From the NCBI GenBank assembly GCA_048938385.1, contig JBHLMG010000011.1, positions 11,975-75,974 of the forward strand: a DNA stretch of 64,000 nucleotides, in the 5' to 3' direction. Positions 38,805 through 49,392 of this stretch are shown in pieces. A program made the position numbers and the translations under genes. This stretch comes from Promethearchaeota archaeon (lineage in GTDB: Archaea; Asgardarchaeota; Hermodarchaeia; Hermodarchaeales; Hermodarchaeaceae). The notes below the pieces were generated by a model. The model had not been told where the DNA came from. It saw only the letters and a program-made list of their open reading frames with translations, and ran no database searches. Position 1 is the first letter of the stretch. The number at the start of each line of letters is the position of its first letter.

Positions 38805-39299
38805 ATGGGATCTAAAATGGCTGTTGGTCGATTCCAAGTTATGGCAGTCTTACAAGCGGCCCGGGCTCATATCCTTGGATTAGAACTGGCTTCAGCGAAA
38901 AGTTGGGGATTAAACCGTGCGATATTCTATGCCGCAGCGAAACGCGGCTTTAAAGGAAAACGACCAGTTAAACGCACACGAAGCGAGATCAAAGCGACAC
39001 CTATTGAGGAGACGCGAGAGGCATTCTATCTCGGAAGCGAGATGGCCTTCAAAGCTCCTACAAGTGGAGCCCCAATGCTTTTCGTGATGGGAGATCAAAT
39101 CCAAACAGAGGCTGACTTCCAGCGCCAAATCGAGAGGAGATTCAATGATCACTTTATAGAAGCATGGAGAGACGCTTTAGAATATGTTCGTGGATTTGAC
39201 CAAGAAGTACTACTTTCACAGAATGGGTTCTTTTCAGAGGTGTATAAACCTCAACGGGATATACTCGCAAAAAAATGGTCTGAACAAGTTACAAAGTAA
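38805..39299 (+). CDS. Conserved hypothetical protein
   Basis: RFQVMA.LQAARA...AKSWGLNRAIFYAAAKRG resembles an uncharacterised archaeal family. Confidence 0.7.
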   Translation: MGSKMAVGRFQVMAVLQAARAHILGLELASAKSWGLNRAIFYAAAKRGFKGKRPVKRTRSEIKATPIEETREAFYLGSEMAFKAPTSGAPMLFVMGDQIQTEADFQRQIERRFNDHFIEAWRDALEYVRGFDQEVLLSQNGFFSEVYKPQRDILAKKWSEQVTK

Positions 39300-39434
39300 C
39301 TGCTTCTTGTAGTGTTTTTCACAAGATATATCTCAGGGTTGCGTCCAATTATTTCACCCTAAATGCTTGAGGCTTCTTATACGCAAGCTTCCCCCTAGTA
39401 CGCATTAAATAGTCCCCAGTTAGGTGTTAGAACA

Positions 39435-40628
39435 TTGCAGCGCCGTTGGCTTGTGGTTATCCTAGTTATTACCGTGTTAAGCCTTGGGCTAGTCGTAATA
39501 GTTATTTTCCGCCCATTTTTGCCTTTCAATCAATTACCCCATGAAATGGTTTGTCAACTCACTGGTGAGGATGCTACAAATGACACAACACTTGTCAATG
39601 TGTATGGCACTGACATAGGCATCATGGTCCGACACCAAGATCGTATGCACTTCATCTTCGGCGATACCTTTGGACCAGACAAATGGGATTGGCGTTCCAA
39701 TACCATGGCTTACACACTTGATGACGATCCTTCTGATGGAATTATCCTTACGGGTTGGATTACCGATTCTTCAACACACCTTGCAAAGGAACTGATTTCT
39801 AGCCTCAAAGTGGATGATGTCGAAAAAACCGTGATTCCGACGACCGCTTATAGTTCGGGTGACTGTTTGTATGTGTTTTTTATGTCCGTGCAGAGTTGGG
39901 GAGACGCTGGAGATTGGAATTGCAATAATGCTAGTGTTGCTTATTCCTTGGATGGTCACAACTTCAGCAAAGCCATGAATATGAGCTGGCCTGGAACTTC
40001 TCACTTCATTGAATGGGGGGTGGTCAAGGGAAGTGCTACGGCTCCTTCGACTGGCGGATACATCTACTTCCTCACAACAGGAAGCGGTCGCTATCAACAT
40101 TGCTACCTTGCTCGAGTATTAGAATCCCAGATTCTTAACCAGAGTAGTTACCAATACTATATTGGCTTGGGATCAGATGACCTTCCTCTTTGGTCTAATA
40201 ATCATACCGACGCAACAGCCATCATTCAAGCACCAACGGGGGAAATTTCTGTGATGTGGAATGATTATTTAGAATTGTACATGATGATGAACCTCGATGA
40301 TGTTGCCAAACATATCGTAGTTCGAACAGCTCAATCCCCGTGGGGCCCTTGGAGTCTTCCAGCTGTGGTTATCAGCCCTCCTGAATACATCGGCTTCTAC
40401 GCTCCTAACATTGATCCAACGCTAGTGGAAGACAATGGTCGTATTATCTACTTCACCATGAGTCTTTGGAATGAATACAATGTCTACATAATGAAAGTGG
40501 ACTTAACTCGTTTATCAGGAGTCTATCTACAAAATATCAGCGTTTCTGATGGTTTTGTAACGCTATGGCCTTTGATAACACTCGTACAAGTGTTCCTTAA
40601 ACATCGGAGAGGGAATGTTCTCCAGTGA
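39435..40628 (+). CDS. Membrane-anchored DUF4185 (GH183-like) five-blade propeller hydrolase
   Basis: GTDIG, IFGDTFG..WRSN, IPT, GEISVMWN and PWGPWS motifs; N-terminal TM helix. Confidence 0.82.
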   Translation: MQRRWLVVILVITVLSLGLVVIVIFRPFLPFNQLPHEMVCQLTGEDATNDTTLVNVYGTDIGIMVRHQDRMHFIFGDTFGPDKWDWRSNTMAYTLDDDPSDGIILTGWITDSSTHLAKELISSLKVDDVEKTVIPTTAYSSGDCLYVFFMSVQSWGDAGDWNCNNASVAYSLDGHNFSKAMNMSWPGTSHFIEWGVVKGSATAPSTGGYIYFLTTGSGRYQHCYLARVLESQILNQSSYQYYIGLGSDDLPLWSNNHTDATAIIQAPTGEISVMWNDYLELYMMMNLDDVAKHIVVRTAQSPWGPWSLPAVVISPPEYIGFYAPNIDPTLVEDNGRIIYFTMSLWNEYNVYIMKVDLTRLSGVYLQNISVSDGFVTLWPLITLVQVFLKHRRGNVLQ

Positions 40629-40643
40629 ATGTTATGCCGTAGG

Positions 40644-41996
40644 CTAGTTGGAAGGGAGTGCTAACCGTGTCCAATCGATGAAATCTTCGCGTTTACGGTC
40701 GATTCGAGTACTGAGCCATGAGATGAGATCGTGTACGGTTTTGATGGCAGCAGGATGCATCATCATGAACACATCAACTCCCGCTAATAGGAACATCAAA
40801 GCCGTAGTACTCTCCCAGATAGGTCCACGCAATTCCCGGGGTCCAAGTTCAGGGTTTTTCATCCAAGCTTCACGTGCTGCCCAGGCGTTAGTTGTTCCAC
40901 TACTTAGAGGAAATTGAAGTTCGGAATCACCCAAAATTCCAGCAAGACGCATCCGTTCCATGATGGTGAAACTGTACTCAGCGCCATACCCGAGAGCCGC
41001 AGTCGTTGGATCGATGATAATTTGGTCTGATGTGATGTAATCGAGAAGACGTCTGTTAAGCTCTTTTTGCTGATTAATGTCGATGCTTGTCCACGACAAG
41101 ACCAGTTGGTCGTGTGTCTTCGCTGCTTTTGCGACAGGTTCCCACATATCTACTGTTGCGGACGCTAGAAGAACCCGTTCACCTTCTGCCACCTCCGCAG
41201 CGAGTGCAAGAAGTTCAGCATCCTTAACGGGATCACCTGAGCCGCCAACGATGATAGGGACTTTCACATTCTGGAGAACATTCTCAAACCCCTTCATTGC
41301 ATCCTTAGCACTCGTATCGTTCAAAAGCGGATCTGTACTAATCATGTGGTAGGTGATAAGGTCTGCACCAAACTTATCAATCACTAATCGAGCCCAATCA
41401 ACGGGATCATCCATTACCTCATCGTAATGTGTTCGTACGGCTTTAGCAAGTTTAATACGCATATCGAAGACATCTGCAGCGACCACGGGAAAGTGTTTCG
41501 CTGGAGTTTGAAAGAGGTTCCAAGCAGGTGCTTTATGACCTCCTACTGTAATGGTTTTACTCCGTGAACCTCCCTGTCCTTTCGTAGCTCCTAAGGTGAT
41601 TTCACGAATTTCTCCTGTATATTCAGCGAGTGGGGCTTTGAATCGGAGCTTTAGCAGTTGAGTTGGACGCACTGGTGAAGGTATACCCGGTGTGGGCATC
41701 GTAGCTTGTCCCGTTGGAAGCTGCATCTGTATCCCTAAAGCAGCAAGTATTTGCTGGGCAAACTGCTGAACTGCAAAAGCGTTTTGGGCAAGGAATTGTC
41801 GGGCTTGGTTAGACATGCCAGCTCCACCCCCCGGAGGAACGGTAACCTCGAGCTCATCGACATCAATTGTCATTTTCTCGAGTTCAAGTTCTTCGAACTT
41901 CCCAAATAGCGCCTCAAGTGGACCAAGAATACCTAATTCGGGATCGTCTGTCGAGAATGTGAGTTCGGTTTTTTCTTTTTTCTTATCCGGTGGCAT
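40644..41996 (-). CDS. cdhD: ACDS complex delta subunit (corrinoid Fe-S protein small subunit)
   Basis: GGSGDPVKD, IDINQQKELN, DPTTAALGYG, MERMRLA and AWAAREAW motifs. Confidence 0.95.
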   Translation of the reverse strand: MPPDKKKEKTELTFSTDDPELGILGPLEALFGKFEELELEKMTIDVDELEVTVPPGGGAGMSNQARQFLAQNAFAVQQFAQQILAALGIQMQLPTGQATMPTPGIPSPVRPTQLLKLRFKAPLAEYTGEIREITLGATKGQGGSRSKTITVGGHKAPAWNLFQTPAKHFPVVAADVFDMRIKLAKAVRTHYDEVMDDPVDWARLVIDKFGADLITYHMISTDPLLNDTSAKDAMKGFENVLQNVKVPIIVGGSGDPVKDAELLALAAEVAEGERVLLASATVDMWEPVAKAAKTHDQLVLSWTSIDINQQKELNRRLLDYITSDQIIIDPTTAALGYGAEYSFTIMERMRLAGILGDSELQFPLSSGTTNAWAAREAWMKNPELGPRELRGPIWESTTALMFLLAGVDVFMMMHPAAIKTVHDLISWLSTRIDRKREDFIDWTRLALPSN

Positions 41997-42011
41997 TCTT
42001 GATAGCCTCGT

Positions 42012-43442
42012 CTATTTCTTGCCCTTTTCGTCAAGGCGTTTGATGATCACTTTTTCAGCATAGATTTTTGCATTCTTGAAGATGATCTGGAACCCGGGAC
42101 TACCGCTAGCTCCTGGTACTGTCGTCATTAACTGACCAGGCATCATGAAAGGTTGTACTTGTTGAGCTGCAGGAGAGATTTCTTCACGACGCTCCTCTTC
42201 TTCTAATCGTGCTGCTGCACCTGTCTCCACCCAACGTTCAACGATTGGGTGGTTGTGGTCTTTAAGGTAGGTTTTCAGTTCATCTATGCTAGTCACATCG
42301 TTTTCTGTTGGAATGATGTCTCGAATATTCGTTGGCATGAAATCATAGACTCGATCCTTGATAGCCTTTGGTAGCCAGACAATTCGTTCCCAGCTCCCAT
42401 CCACTGTCAAAAACTTTGGTGACCGTAGGTACTCAATGGATAACCCATGGAAGCCAGGAATCTGACGACCACCTGCTGTTGAGTCTGCCATTGTGGAAAA
42501 TGGCAACCCGTTTACAGCTGGTCCCTTATAGTCACGATGCACAATTCCCAGTCCATCAACCTCTGGAATAATGAAGGCGATGGCTTCAAAACAGCCACAA
42601 CTCGTGTGTGGGTTCTCGAAGGCACTGTACAGGGCTACATCGGTCACCGCGCCGAGGGTCTTCTCCTTATAGGACTGATTTACTCCTGTATAGATGCCTT
42701 TCACAGCGTCAACAGTATCGCCTTTTTCGATAGCAAAGAGCGGTCCTTTCGGATCTATCCGGGCTGCTGCACGGCCATCAAACCAACTGATTGCTCCGCA
42801 GTTTGCATAGCGTTGTGGTGTAATGACACACATGTGTGTTGGGCTAAAGGATTGACAGAGGGTACAGCCATAGAACACATCGACTTCATCGTCTTTAAGA
42901 CCGCGGGTGCGTTCATCACGCGCGTTGTAGGTGACCATGGCTGTATCGTAGATTTCGTCCATTTTAGTGGGATCAGTGTAGAAGGTGACTTGGATTTTTT
43001 CGATGATGGGTAGTTCGGATTTGTAGAGGCGTTGGTATACTTGACCCAGAACCTTAAAGGTGTTAAAGCCTTTCTGGAAGGATTTCTTACCAATGCGAAT
43101 CCAGATATCATAGCGCTGATTAAGGTGCATAGTGCCTTCCACAAAATTGGTATATTCGTGGATGTGCCGTTCGATGACCCCTTCGAGGTCTTCTTCGACT
43201 TCCTTGCCTGCCACTTCGATGAGGATACCGAATGGATGGCTGGCGCCTTCTTCGAGGTCTTTTAGATCGGGTCCAATGATGTTGATTTTGCCGTCTTCGA
43301 TTTCGTTCATTTTTCGGGTTAGGACCAACTCGAATTTCTTTTGAATTTTAGGTCCACCGAGTTCGACTTGCATATCGGCTTTGCGAATGCGTTCACCTTC
43401 GAATACCACTCCAACCTGGATAGGTAAGTCTTCAAATGACAT
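42012..43442 (-). CDS. cdhC: Acetyl-CoA synthase (ACDS beta subunit)
   Basis: FEGERIRK, CTLCQSF, CGAISW and HTSCGCFE (A-cluster ligands). Confidence 0.97.
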   Translation of the reverse strand: MSFEDLPIQVGVVFEGERIRKADMQVELGGPKIQKKFELVLTRKMNEIEDGKINIIGPDLKDLEEGASHPFGILIEVAGKEVEEDLEGVIERHIHEYTNFVEGTMHLNQRYDIWIRIGKKSFQKGFNTFKVLGQVYQRLYKSELPIIEKIQVTFYTDPTKMDEIYDTAMVTYNARDERTRGLKDDEVDVFYGCTLCQSFSPTHMCVITPQRYANCGAISWFDGRAAARIDPKGPLFAIEKGDTVDAVKGIYTGVNQSYKEKTLGAVTDVALYSAFENPHTSCGCFEAIAFIIPEVDGLGIVHRDYKGPAVNGLPFSTMADSTAGGRQIPGFHGLSIEYLRSPKFLTVDGSWERIVWLPKAIKDRVYDFMPTNIRDIIPTENDVTSIDELKTYLKDHNHPIVERWVETGAAARLEEEERREEISPAAQQVQPFMMPGQLMTTVPGASGSPGFQIIFKNAKIYAEKVIIKRLDEKGKK

Positions 43443-43988
43443 TTACTTGGTACCTCCTGCTGCAGTGAGGATTTCTTTCAGTGCTTCATTCCATTTTTGT
43501 TTCTTGAGGTTTGGAAAACTCCATGATGCGTGAGGTTGATAATAGCGGCCAAGGGTGATGGTCTTGATGTGGGGAGAGAAGTTAATGAGCGCAGATAGCA
43601 TGAGCCATTCCATATAGTAGGGGAACCCGAAGGTCATTACAAGGTCGTGGGGTCCTTTCTTTGGAGCGACCATCCATTCATGGTCTTGGAGTCGTCCAGT
43701 AATTTCCATAGCACCATAGGCATAGGCGTTGTTGAAGCCTTTCTCTTTGAAGGCTTTAATAGTGTTACCAGTGGCGACGATGGGGATGTTTGTGGCAGTC
43801 GAGAGTTCGATGAAGTACTCAATCATGGATTTCTTTTGCGTCTTCTCTGTAAGGGCTTGAGCACCTACAATAATGAGTGGGTGTTTCGCCTTCTTCATGA
43901 GGGCTCCCACCACGGCGGTTTTTTTGAGTTCTTGAGCCTTAGTGGGTCCACAGACCTCTGCGGTTTGCCAAGGTTCAGCTCGCATCAT
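43443..43988 (-). CDS. cdhB: ACDS epsilon subunit
   Basis: PWQTA, AKHPLIIVG, G.PYY and YQPHASWSFPN motifs. Confidence 0.93.
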   Translation of the reverse strand: MMRAEPWQTAEVCGPTKAQELKKTAVVGALMKKAKHPLIIVGAQALTEKTQKKSMIEYFIELSTATNIPIVATGNTIKAFKEKGFNNAYAYGAMEITGRLQDHEWMVAPKKGPHDLVMTFGFPYYMEWLMLSALINFSPHIKTITLGRYYQPHASWSFPNLKKQKWNEALKEILTAAGGTK

Positions 43989-46346
43989 TTATTTGCCACC
44001 TCCGTTACCACCATAGACGAGTCGTCTAATGAGAGTTGGGTCGGGGATAGGTTTCTCCTTCCATTTATTCTCTTTCATCTGGGCTTTGATTTTGTCCTTA
44101 AGAGTGATGGGGATATCCGTTTCGCGTCGAATAAATCGGTGGATGTCATCAGGGAAGTAGCCGTAGTATTTTTCGTGTAAATCGATATAGTGGCTTAACT
44201 TGATGGCCCGACCCTTACTGGTGTCGTTGGGTCGGATGCAAAGTCTTGCGGTCAAAACCATGAGCTCTTCAAAGTTTTCCACAGCGTAGAAGAGATGTTC
44301 TGGTCCTGGGGCAATTTGGACACGGTTTCCTGTTCGAGCATCCCATACCATCCAGTCTTCATCTCTATCTGCTCGACCAAGGAGCATCCGTCGATACTTA
44401 GTACCATGGGGACCGACGATGACAGGAACTCCGAGTCGCCAGAACCCAGCTGCAATAGATGCCGCCTTCTGAGACATAGCCCCCCAAGAAATTCCTACTG
44501 CACCGACCCGGTTGTGTATATAGTCAGCAATTTCTTCATAGTTCCCTCGGAGGTTGCGTTTCGCAAAGATGCTGGCAATCTTGATTGCCGCGCCTGCTAT
44601 GTGGGAGTTAGCAACACAAGAACCCACATTGAGTACGCTTCCGGCATCGAAAGTGCCAGGTCGGCGTTCGTAGATCGATTTCCCTTCCTCATCTTTGATG
44701 GCACCGACTGTCATGGCGGCACATCCCGAGAAGACTACGATAAACCGGCGCTTCGCGAATTCCTCAGCATGGTCATGGATTGCACGCCCTCCATCAGGGT
44801 AGTTCGCGCAGCCAACATGAGCGATCACCCCTGGAATTTCTCCGAAAACAATGGGCTGTCCAACAGTTCGAATTTCGGTGTCTTTGATCGCACCGCGTCC
44901 GGATCGAACCATGAAGGCTTCTTGTTTCCATTGTCCTTCTGCGGCTTTGACCATCCAGCTGTGAAGGTCATATTCGTTGGGGCATGCGGATTCACACCGA
45001 GCACAACCGATGCACTCGTTGTATACATCAGCAAGCGGGCCAAGGTTGCCCTCCGCAGCGGCCAGTACCGCATCCATTACGGGTTGATCATTCGGACAAG
45101 CACGAACGCATTCGGAACATTGTCGACAAGCCTGGGCAAGTTCCTTTATCTTTGCCGCACTAGGTAGGGATCCTTTCTTCTTCCGTTTTGGATACATCTT
45201 GATGGCTGTCTTGACTACAACTTCACCAATCTTCTCGTGATCCCGAATATAGACACCGGGCATTTTGCCAGAAACAAGATCCGCAACGATATCGTCAGGA
45301 TCATCTTCAGTACGATCTGGTAAACCCATCGTTGACTTATCACAGGTCGCAATGACTGGTGAGTTGACTTTCTTCGCGTGTTCGAGGATGTCGGTGCGAA
45401 TACACTGCTCATCTACAACAATGACATCAGCAAATCCGCTACGAACGAATCGTAATTGCCAGGAAATTGGACCAACAATTTTCGCTTTCTTCTCATAACG
45501 TGTTATGTCCCAAGCAGTACAACAAATTCCAGCGATATCGATGTTTTCAAAAACGCCTGTTTCAGTAGCATAGTCCATGATGTAAGTCGCCGGTACTACA
45601 TTGTGCCCAATAGCCAGAATCATCGCTTTCTTGGGATCCATACTTGCTATCCCTGCTTCAACTAGGGGGGCCTCAGGATCAGACTGCGGAAATCCAAGGG
45701 TGGAAATCTGAGCGAGGTCAGCGATTTCCATACCCACTTGGTCAATCATACCTACATGGAAGGCCTTCGATTCAAAATCAATCCAACTTCCCTCTTGACC
45801 AGTGTGAACCGCTGAGAGTGTATGCGTTAACTGGGTTTCGCAGTAATCTAAAATTGCTGCCGCATCTTCTAGGGTGCGTGGGCGAATCCCCGTCACCAGA
45901 CGGGAAACAGGGGCTTCGATTTCCACACCCTCTCCTTGGGTTAATTCAAAGCGTGGACCAAATTCGTGAATCATGTGGTCGACCATATGTCGTGAGTGCG
46001 CAAGGTGCGCCGCACACCCGATGTTCGCAGCAGCCAACACAATCCGCGCTGACTGACCTTCGATATCGAGTCCACAAGCCCCCCGCTTACCTCCCGTCAA
46101 GTCACATTTCCCGAATGTGCATAAGCAGCATAGTTGGCATGCTGGCATGTATGCAGGTCGATAGCGTGTCAGGAGCTTATGGTCCCAACTCCTAAGTGTA
46201 GTGACATCGGGCATGGGGGTTGGACCCATGGGTTCGTCCCAATCATCATCAATGACTCGACCAATAGTAACTTCGACATTACGGAAGGACCCGAATCCGG
46301 TGTCAAGTTTATCGGCTTTGAGTCTTGCTCGTTTTTGTTCTGTCAA
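43989..46346 (-). CDS. cdhA: CO dehydrogenase (ACDS alpha subunit)
   Basis: PMGPTP, CQLCCLCTFGKC, GHN, GICCTA, DEQC, two ferredoxin motifs, VGCAN and GSCVAN; TTG start. Confidence 0.97.
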   Translation of the reverse strand: MTEQKRARLKADKLDTGFGSFRNVEVTIGRVIDDDWDEPMGPTPMPDVTTLRSWDHKLLTRYRPAYMPACQLCCLCTFGKCDLTGGKRGACGLDIEGQSARIVLAAANIGCAAHLAHSRHMVDHMIHEFGPRFELTQGEGVEIEAPVSRLVTGIRPRTLEDAAAILDYCETQLTHTLSAVHTGQEGSWIDFESKAFHVGMIDQVGMEIADLAQISTLGFPQSDPEAPLVEAGIASMDPKKAMILAIGHNVVPATYIMDYATETGVFENIDIAGICCTAWDITRYEKKAKIVGPISWQLRFVRSGFADVIVVDEQCIRTDILEHAKKVNSPVIATCDKSTMGLPDRTEDDPDDIVADLVSGKMPGVYIRDHEKIGEVVVKTAIKMYPKRKKKGSLPSAAKIKELAQACRQCSECVRACPNDQPVMDAVLAAAEGNLGPLADVYNECIGCARCESACPNEYDLHSWMVKAAEGQWKQEAFMVRSGRGAIKDTEIRTVGQPIVFGEIPGVIAHVGCANYPDGGRAIHDHAEEFAKRRFIVVFSGCAAMTVGAIKDEEGKSIYERRPGTFDAGSVLNVGSCVANSHIAGAAIKIASIFAKRNLRGNYEEIADYIHNRVGAVGISWGAMSQKAASIAAGFWRLGVPVIVGPHGTKYRRMLLGRADRDEDWMVWDARTGNRVQIAPGPEHLFYAVENFEELMVLTARLCIRPNDTSKGRAIKLSHYIDLHEKYYGYFPDDIHRFIRRETDIPITLKDKIKAQMKENKWKEKPIPDPTLIRRLVYGGNGGGK

Positions 46347-46512
46347 TGCAAAATCAACCTTTTTTTGCGCGCATTAATAGTATGAAGTAGTGTTCAAATA
46401 GTACCGGTATATCTTTTAAGATTTGATGCTTCTGCAAGGTTTCTAATTGGATGTATATCTCCTAGATGAAAAATGGAGACCATGTATTACTTAATAAGAG
46501 ACGATTACAAGG

Positions 46513-47718
46513 TCAATCGATGGGAATTTTCTTACCATTGATGTAGGCTTCTGTCACTTCGCTATAAAATTCGAAGGGATGCCCTGACCACACAATGATA
46601 TCAGCATCTTTACCAGGTTCAAAGCTTCCAATTCGTTCATGCAGGTTGAGGATCTCCGCTGGGTTAATAGTGACGCATCTCAAGGCATCGTCGCCGCTCA
46701 TGCCCTCCTTAATGCAATGCATTGCAAGTAGGGGAAAATAAAGCATGGGTGTAATTGAATCGGTTTGCAGGGCAACTTTGACACCCGCATCATTAAGGGT
46801 AACCGCGGTTTTGAATCCTTTTTCTCTGACTTCGGGTTTGCTTGCCCAAAGCATCGTTGGTCCAACAACCGCTGGATATTGTTTTTTGGCAAGAAATTTC
46901 GCAATCTTATGCCCTTCAGTACAGTGGATTAGAACCAAGTGAAGATTAAATTCCTCAGCGATTCGGATGATGGTGGCAATATCATCTGCACGGTGACAAT
47001 GGGCGTGAATCGGAATTTCCCGTTTAATGACCATCGCAATGGTTTCGAACCCCAAGTCTCGTTTAGGAGGCGTTGGAATAGCCTCACCTTTTGCTTTGGC
47101 TTCCTTCGCCTTTGCTCCAAAAGCCTTCCACTCATCCAGATAGTTTTGACCATCTGTGAAAGTCTTACGAAGCAGTGCTGCTATACCCATGCGGGTCATG
47201 GGCATTCTTTTGTTATCCTGTCCATGAACTCGTTTTGGATTCTCACCTAATGCAATCTTTAGTGCAGAAGGAGACATGACGATCATATCCTCGACGACGG
47301 TTTGGGGTATTGGTTTGAAAATAAAAGCTTCACCGGAAATCACATTACCTGATCCTGGACCTGTGTTCACAGTGGTTACCCCGCCCTTGATGATTTCTTT
47401 TAATGAAGGTTCGAATGGGTAGAAACCGTCCTTTCCTCGCATTTCGGGTGTGATAGGAGTAGTCATTTCGTTCCCATCCTGACCCATCGGTCCGATTGTG
47501 CCATCGAAGAGTCCATGGTGAGCATGGGCTTCCACGAATCCAGGTACAACAAATTGTCCTTCAACATCTGTGATTTTCGCATTACTGGGAATCGGAACTG
47601 ATGGGCCAACATCGACAATTTTTCCACGGTCAAAAAGCAGCGTACCGTTTTTAATAAGTCCCTGCACAGGACACAAAATCGTTGCATTTGTAAGGGCCCG
47701 CAAATTGGTCACCACCAT
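46513..47718 (-). CDS. Metal-dependent amidohydrolase
   Basis: PGFVEAHAH, LKIALGENP, HCHRADD, IHCTEG and GKDAD motifs. Confidence 0.9.
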   Translation of the reverse strand: MVVTNLRALTNATILCPVQGLIKNGTLLFDRGKIVDVGPSVPIPSNAKITDVEGQFVVPGFVEAHAHHGLFDGTIGPMGQDGNEMTTPITPEMRGKDGFYPFEPSLKEIIKGGVTTVNTGPGSGNVISGEAFIFKPIPQTVVEDMIVMSPSALKIALGENPKRVHGQDNKRMPMTRMGIAALLRKTFTDGQNYLDEWKAFGAKAKEAKAKGEAIPTPPKRDLGFETIAMVIKREIPIHAHCHRADDIATIIRIAEEFNLHLVLIHCTEGHKIAKFLAKKQYPAVVGPTMLWASKPEVREKGFKTAVTLNDAGVKVALQTDSITPMLYFPLLAMHCIKEGMSGDDALRCVTINPAEILNLHERIGSFEPGKDADIIVWSGHPFEFYSEVTEAYINGKKIPID

Positions 47719-47831
47719 ACCATTGCTTCAAGAATTACGAAAAGCTTTGGGTGACGCGTAAAACAGATTTTTTATCAAAGGTTAGACGAAGGTGTAACTA
47801 TTTCCCTCTGCTAATAACTAATGAAGCATCT

Positions 47832-48470
47832 TTAATGGCTCTGAGATCTGTTACTTTCCCGATTTGGTTCCGTTTCTGCTTTTCGGAACTTTGGAAATAG
47901 AGCGCCAGTCTGTTCTTTATATTCCCTGTAGGCATCACCAAATCGTCGGATGAGGTCCCGCTCTTCAACATATAGCATAGTGGGTGTATAGAAGAGGAGA
48001 AAGATAGTAGTCACTATGAGGAGAAAGAACGAGTTGACTAAGAGGGGTAAGGCAATAAACCAACTGATTTCCCCAAGAGTTTGAGGGTGTCGAATGTACT
48101 GATAGATTCCCCTGAACATCTTGGTGTTCGGGGACGGTGTAATAGATTCTGGTCCTGAGTCTTTGAGGCCCTTCAGCCAAATGGGAAAAGTGATGATGAA
48201 GATGATAACGGCCAGGATGCTGCCGATCCAGGGGTCTGAATGAATTGACCAAGCGAGTTCAGGGATCGGAAGCCAAATCCAGAGAAAAATGGTGATTAGA
48301 GCGACTACCATGAAGATTGTACCAATTGTGCGGAGGGTTTTACATTGTTTCCAGGCTTTATTACCAGCAGTTTCTGCTCGACGAGCTGGCTGTAAACTTG
48401 GAATGTAAAAGCCTGCAAAAAAAGCTAGACTGAAGAATAAGAGGAGAAGGTTAATCCAGGATACTAGCAC
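47832..48470 (-). CDS. Isoprenylcysteine carboxyl methyltransferase/PEMT-family membrane protein
   Basis: GIYQYIRHP and EERDL..RFG..Y..Y motifs. Confidence 0.88.
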   Translation of the reverse strand: MLVSWINLLLLFFSLAFFAGFYIPSLQPARRAETAGNKAWKQCKTLRTIGTIFMVVALITIFLWIWLPIPELAWSIHSDPWIGSILAVIIFIITFPIWLKGLKDSGPESITPSPNTKMFRGIYQYIRHPQTLGEISWFIALPLLVNSFFLLIVTTIFLLFYTPTMLYVEERDLIRRFGDAYREYKEQTGALFPKFRKAETEPNRESNRSQSH

Positions 48471-48518
48471 ATCGAACCCTTGAATCTCATATGTCCCGTT
48501 TTTTATTAGTCTGATTGT

Positions 48519-49328
48519 TTAAACTCGGTTGACGAGCTGTGACCTTAATTTCGGGATGATGGATTGGATTGCTTGAATTGCAGGAGATTGAGGGGCAAAG
48601 TCAAGGGGAGCTACGCCTTTGATATTGGCTTGACGTATTTCTTTGTCGAAAGGAATGCTGGCAAGTAAAGGAATATGGAGTGCTTTAAGGGTGGATTCGA
48701 TGGACTCGTTTTCTCCTTGATCCATGACTTTGTTGGCAACAGCGAAGACCGTATTAACGCCGATGTCTTGTGCGAGTTTCTTGATGCGCTCGACTGTATT
48801 AATTGAGGTTTGTCCAGGTTCAACCACAATAATGAGGGCGTCCATCCCACGGGAGGTTCCTCTCCCAAGGTTTTCGATACCGGCTTCTAAATCCATCACG
48901 AAGGCTTCCTCACTTCCCACGATGAGATAGCGAATTAACGCTTTGAGTAGAGCGCCAGCCGGGCACATACATCCTGACCCGCCAATTGTGACGGTTCCAG
49001 CAACGAGGAGTGTGACATTATCGGGTGCAGGAACGCCAAACTTCTCTGCTAGATCCGAAACATGAGGATTCAGTTTGAACATACCTCCGTATGTCTCTTT
49101 ATCCATTCCCGTGCGTTCCTCAACTAATTCGTCATTGTCTGTGAGTGGTACAATTGTTCTAGCGACATCTGAAGGAATACCCAATGCTGATGCCAGTGTG
49201 GGTGTGGGATCGGCATCTACGGCTAAGACTTGGATGCCTTCTCGACCTAGCAATCGAGCAAGAGTTCCAGCCAAGAGGGTTTTTCCGACTCCCCCTTTGC
49301 CAGCAACTGCGACTTTCACTATGGTCAC
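48519..49328 (-). CDS. cooC: CODH/ACS nickel-insertion ATPase CooC/AcsF
   Basis: GKGGVGKT, DADP, GCMCP and DLEAGIENLGRG motifs. Confidence 0.93.
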   Translation of the reverse strand: MTIVKVAVAGKGGVGKTLLAGTLARLLGREGIQVLAVDADPTPTLASALGIPSDVARTIVPLTDNDELVEERTGMDKETYGGMFKLNPHVSDLAEKFGVPAPDNVTLLVAGTVTIGGSGCMCPAGALLKALIRYLIVGSEEAFVMDLEAGIENLGRGTSRGMDALIIVVEPGQTSINTVERIKKLAQDIGVNTVFAVANKVMDQGENESIESTLKALHIPLLASIPFDKEIRQANIKGVAPLDFAPQSPAIQAIQSIIPKLRSQLVNRV

Positions 49329-49392
49329 CTGGTGAGTGTAGGTACTAATATACGGGGCTTAAAGCCTTCGTATTTAGCCAGGAAGTCCCCTG

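Noticed and set aside
44295-45167. 290-aa antisense ORF and the other shadow ORFs in the track
   Set aside because: They lie opposite or inside well-supported genes and show no motifs.
46513-47718. Amidohydrolase as the missing FwdA
   Set aside because: It is too short (401 aa) and carries motifs of the generic KxALGENP amidohydrolase group rather than FwdA.
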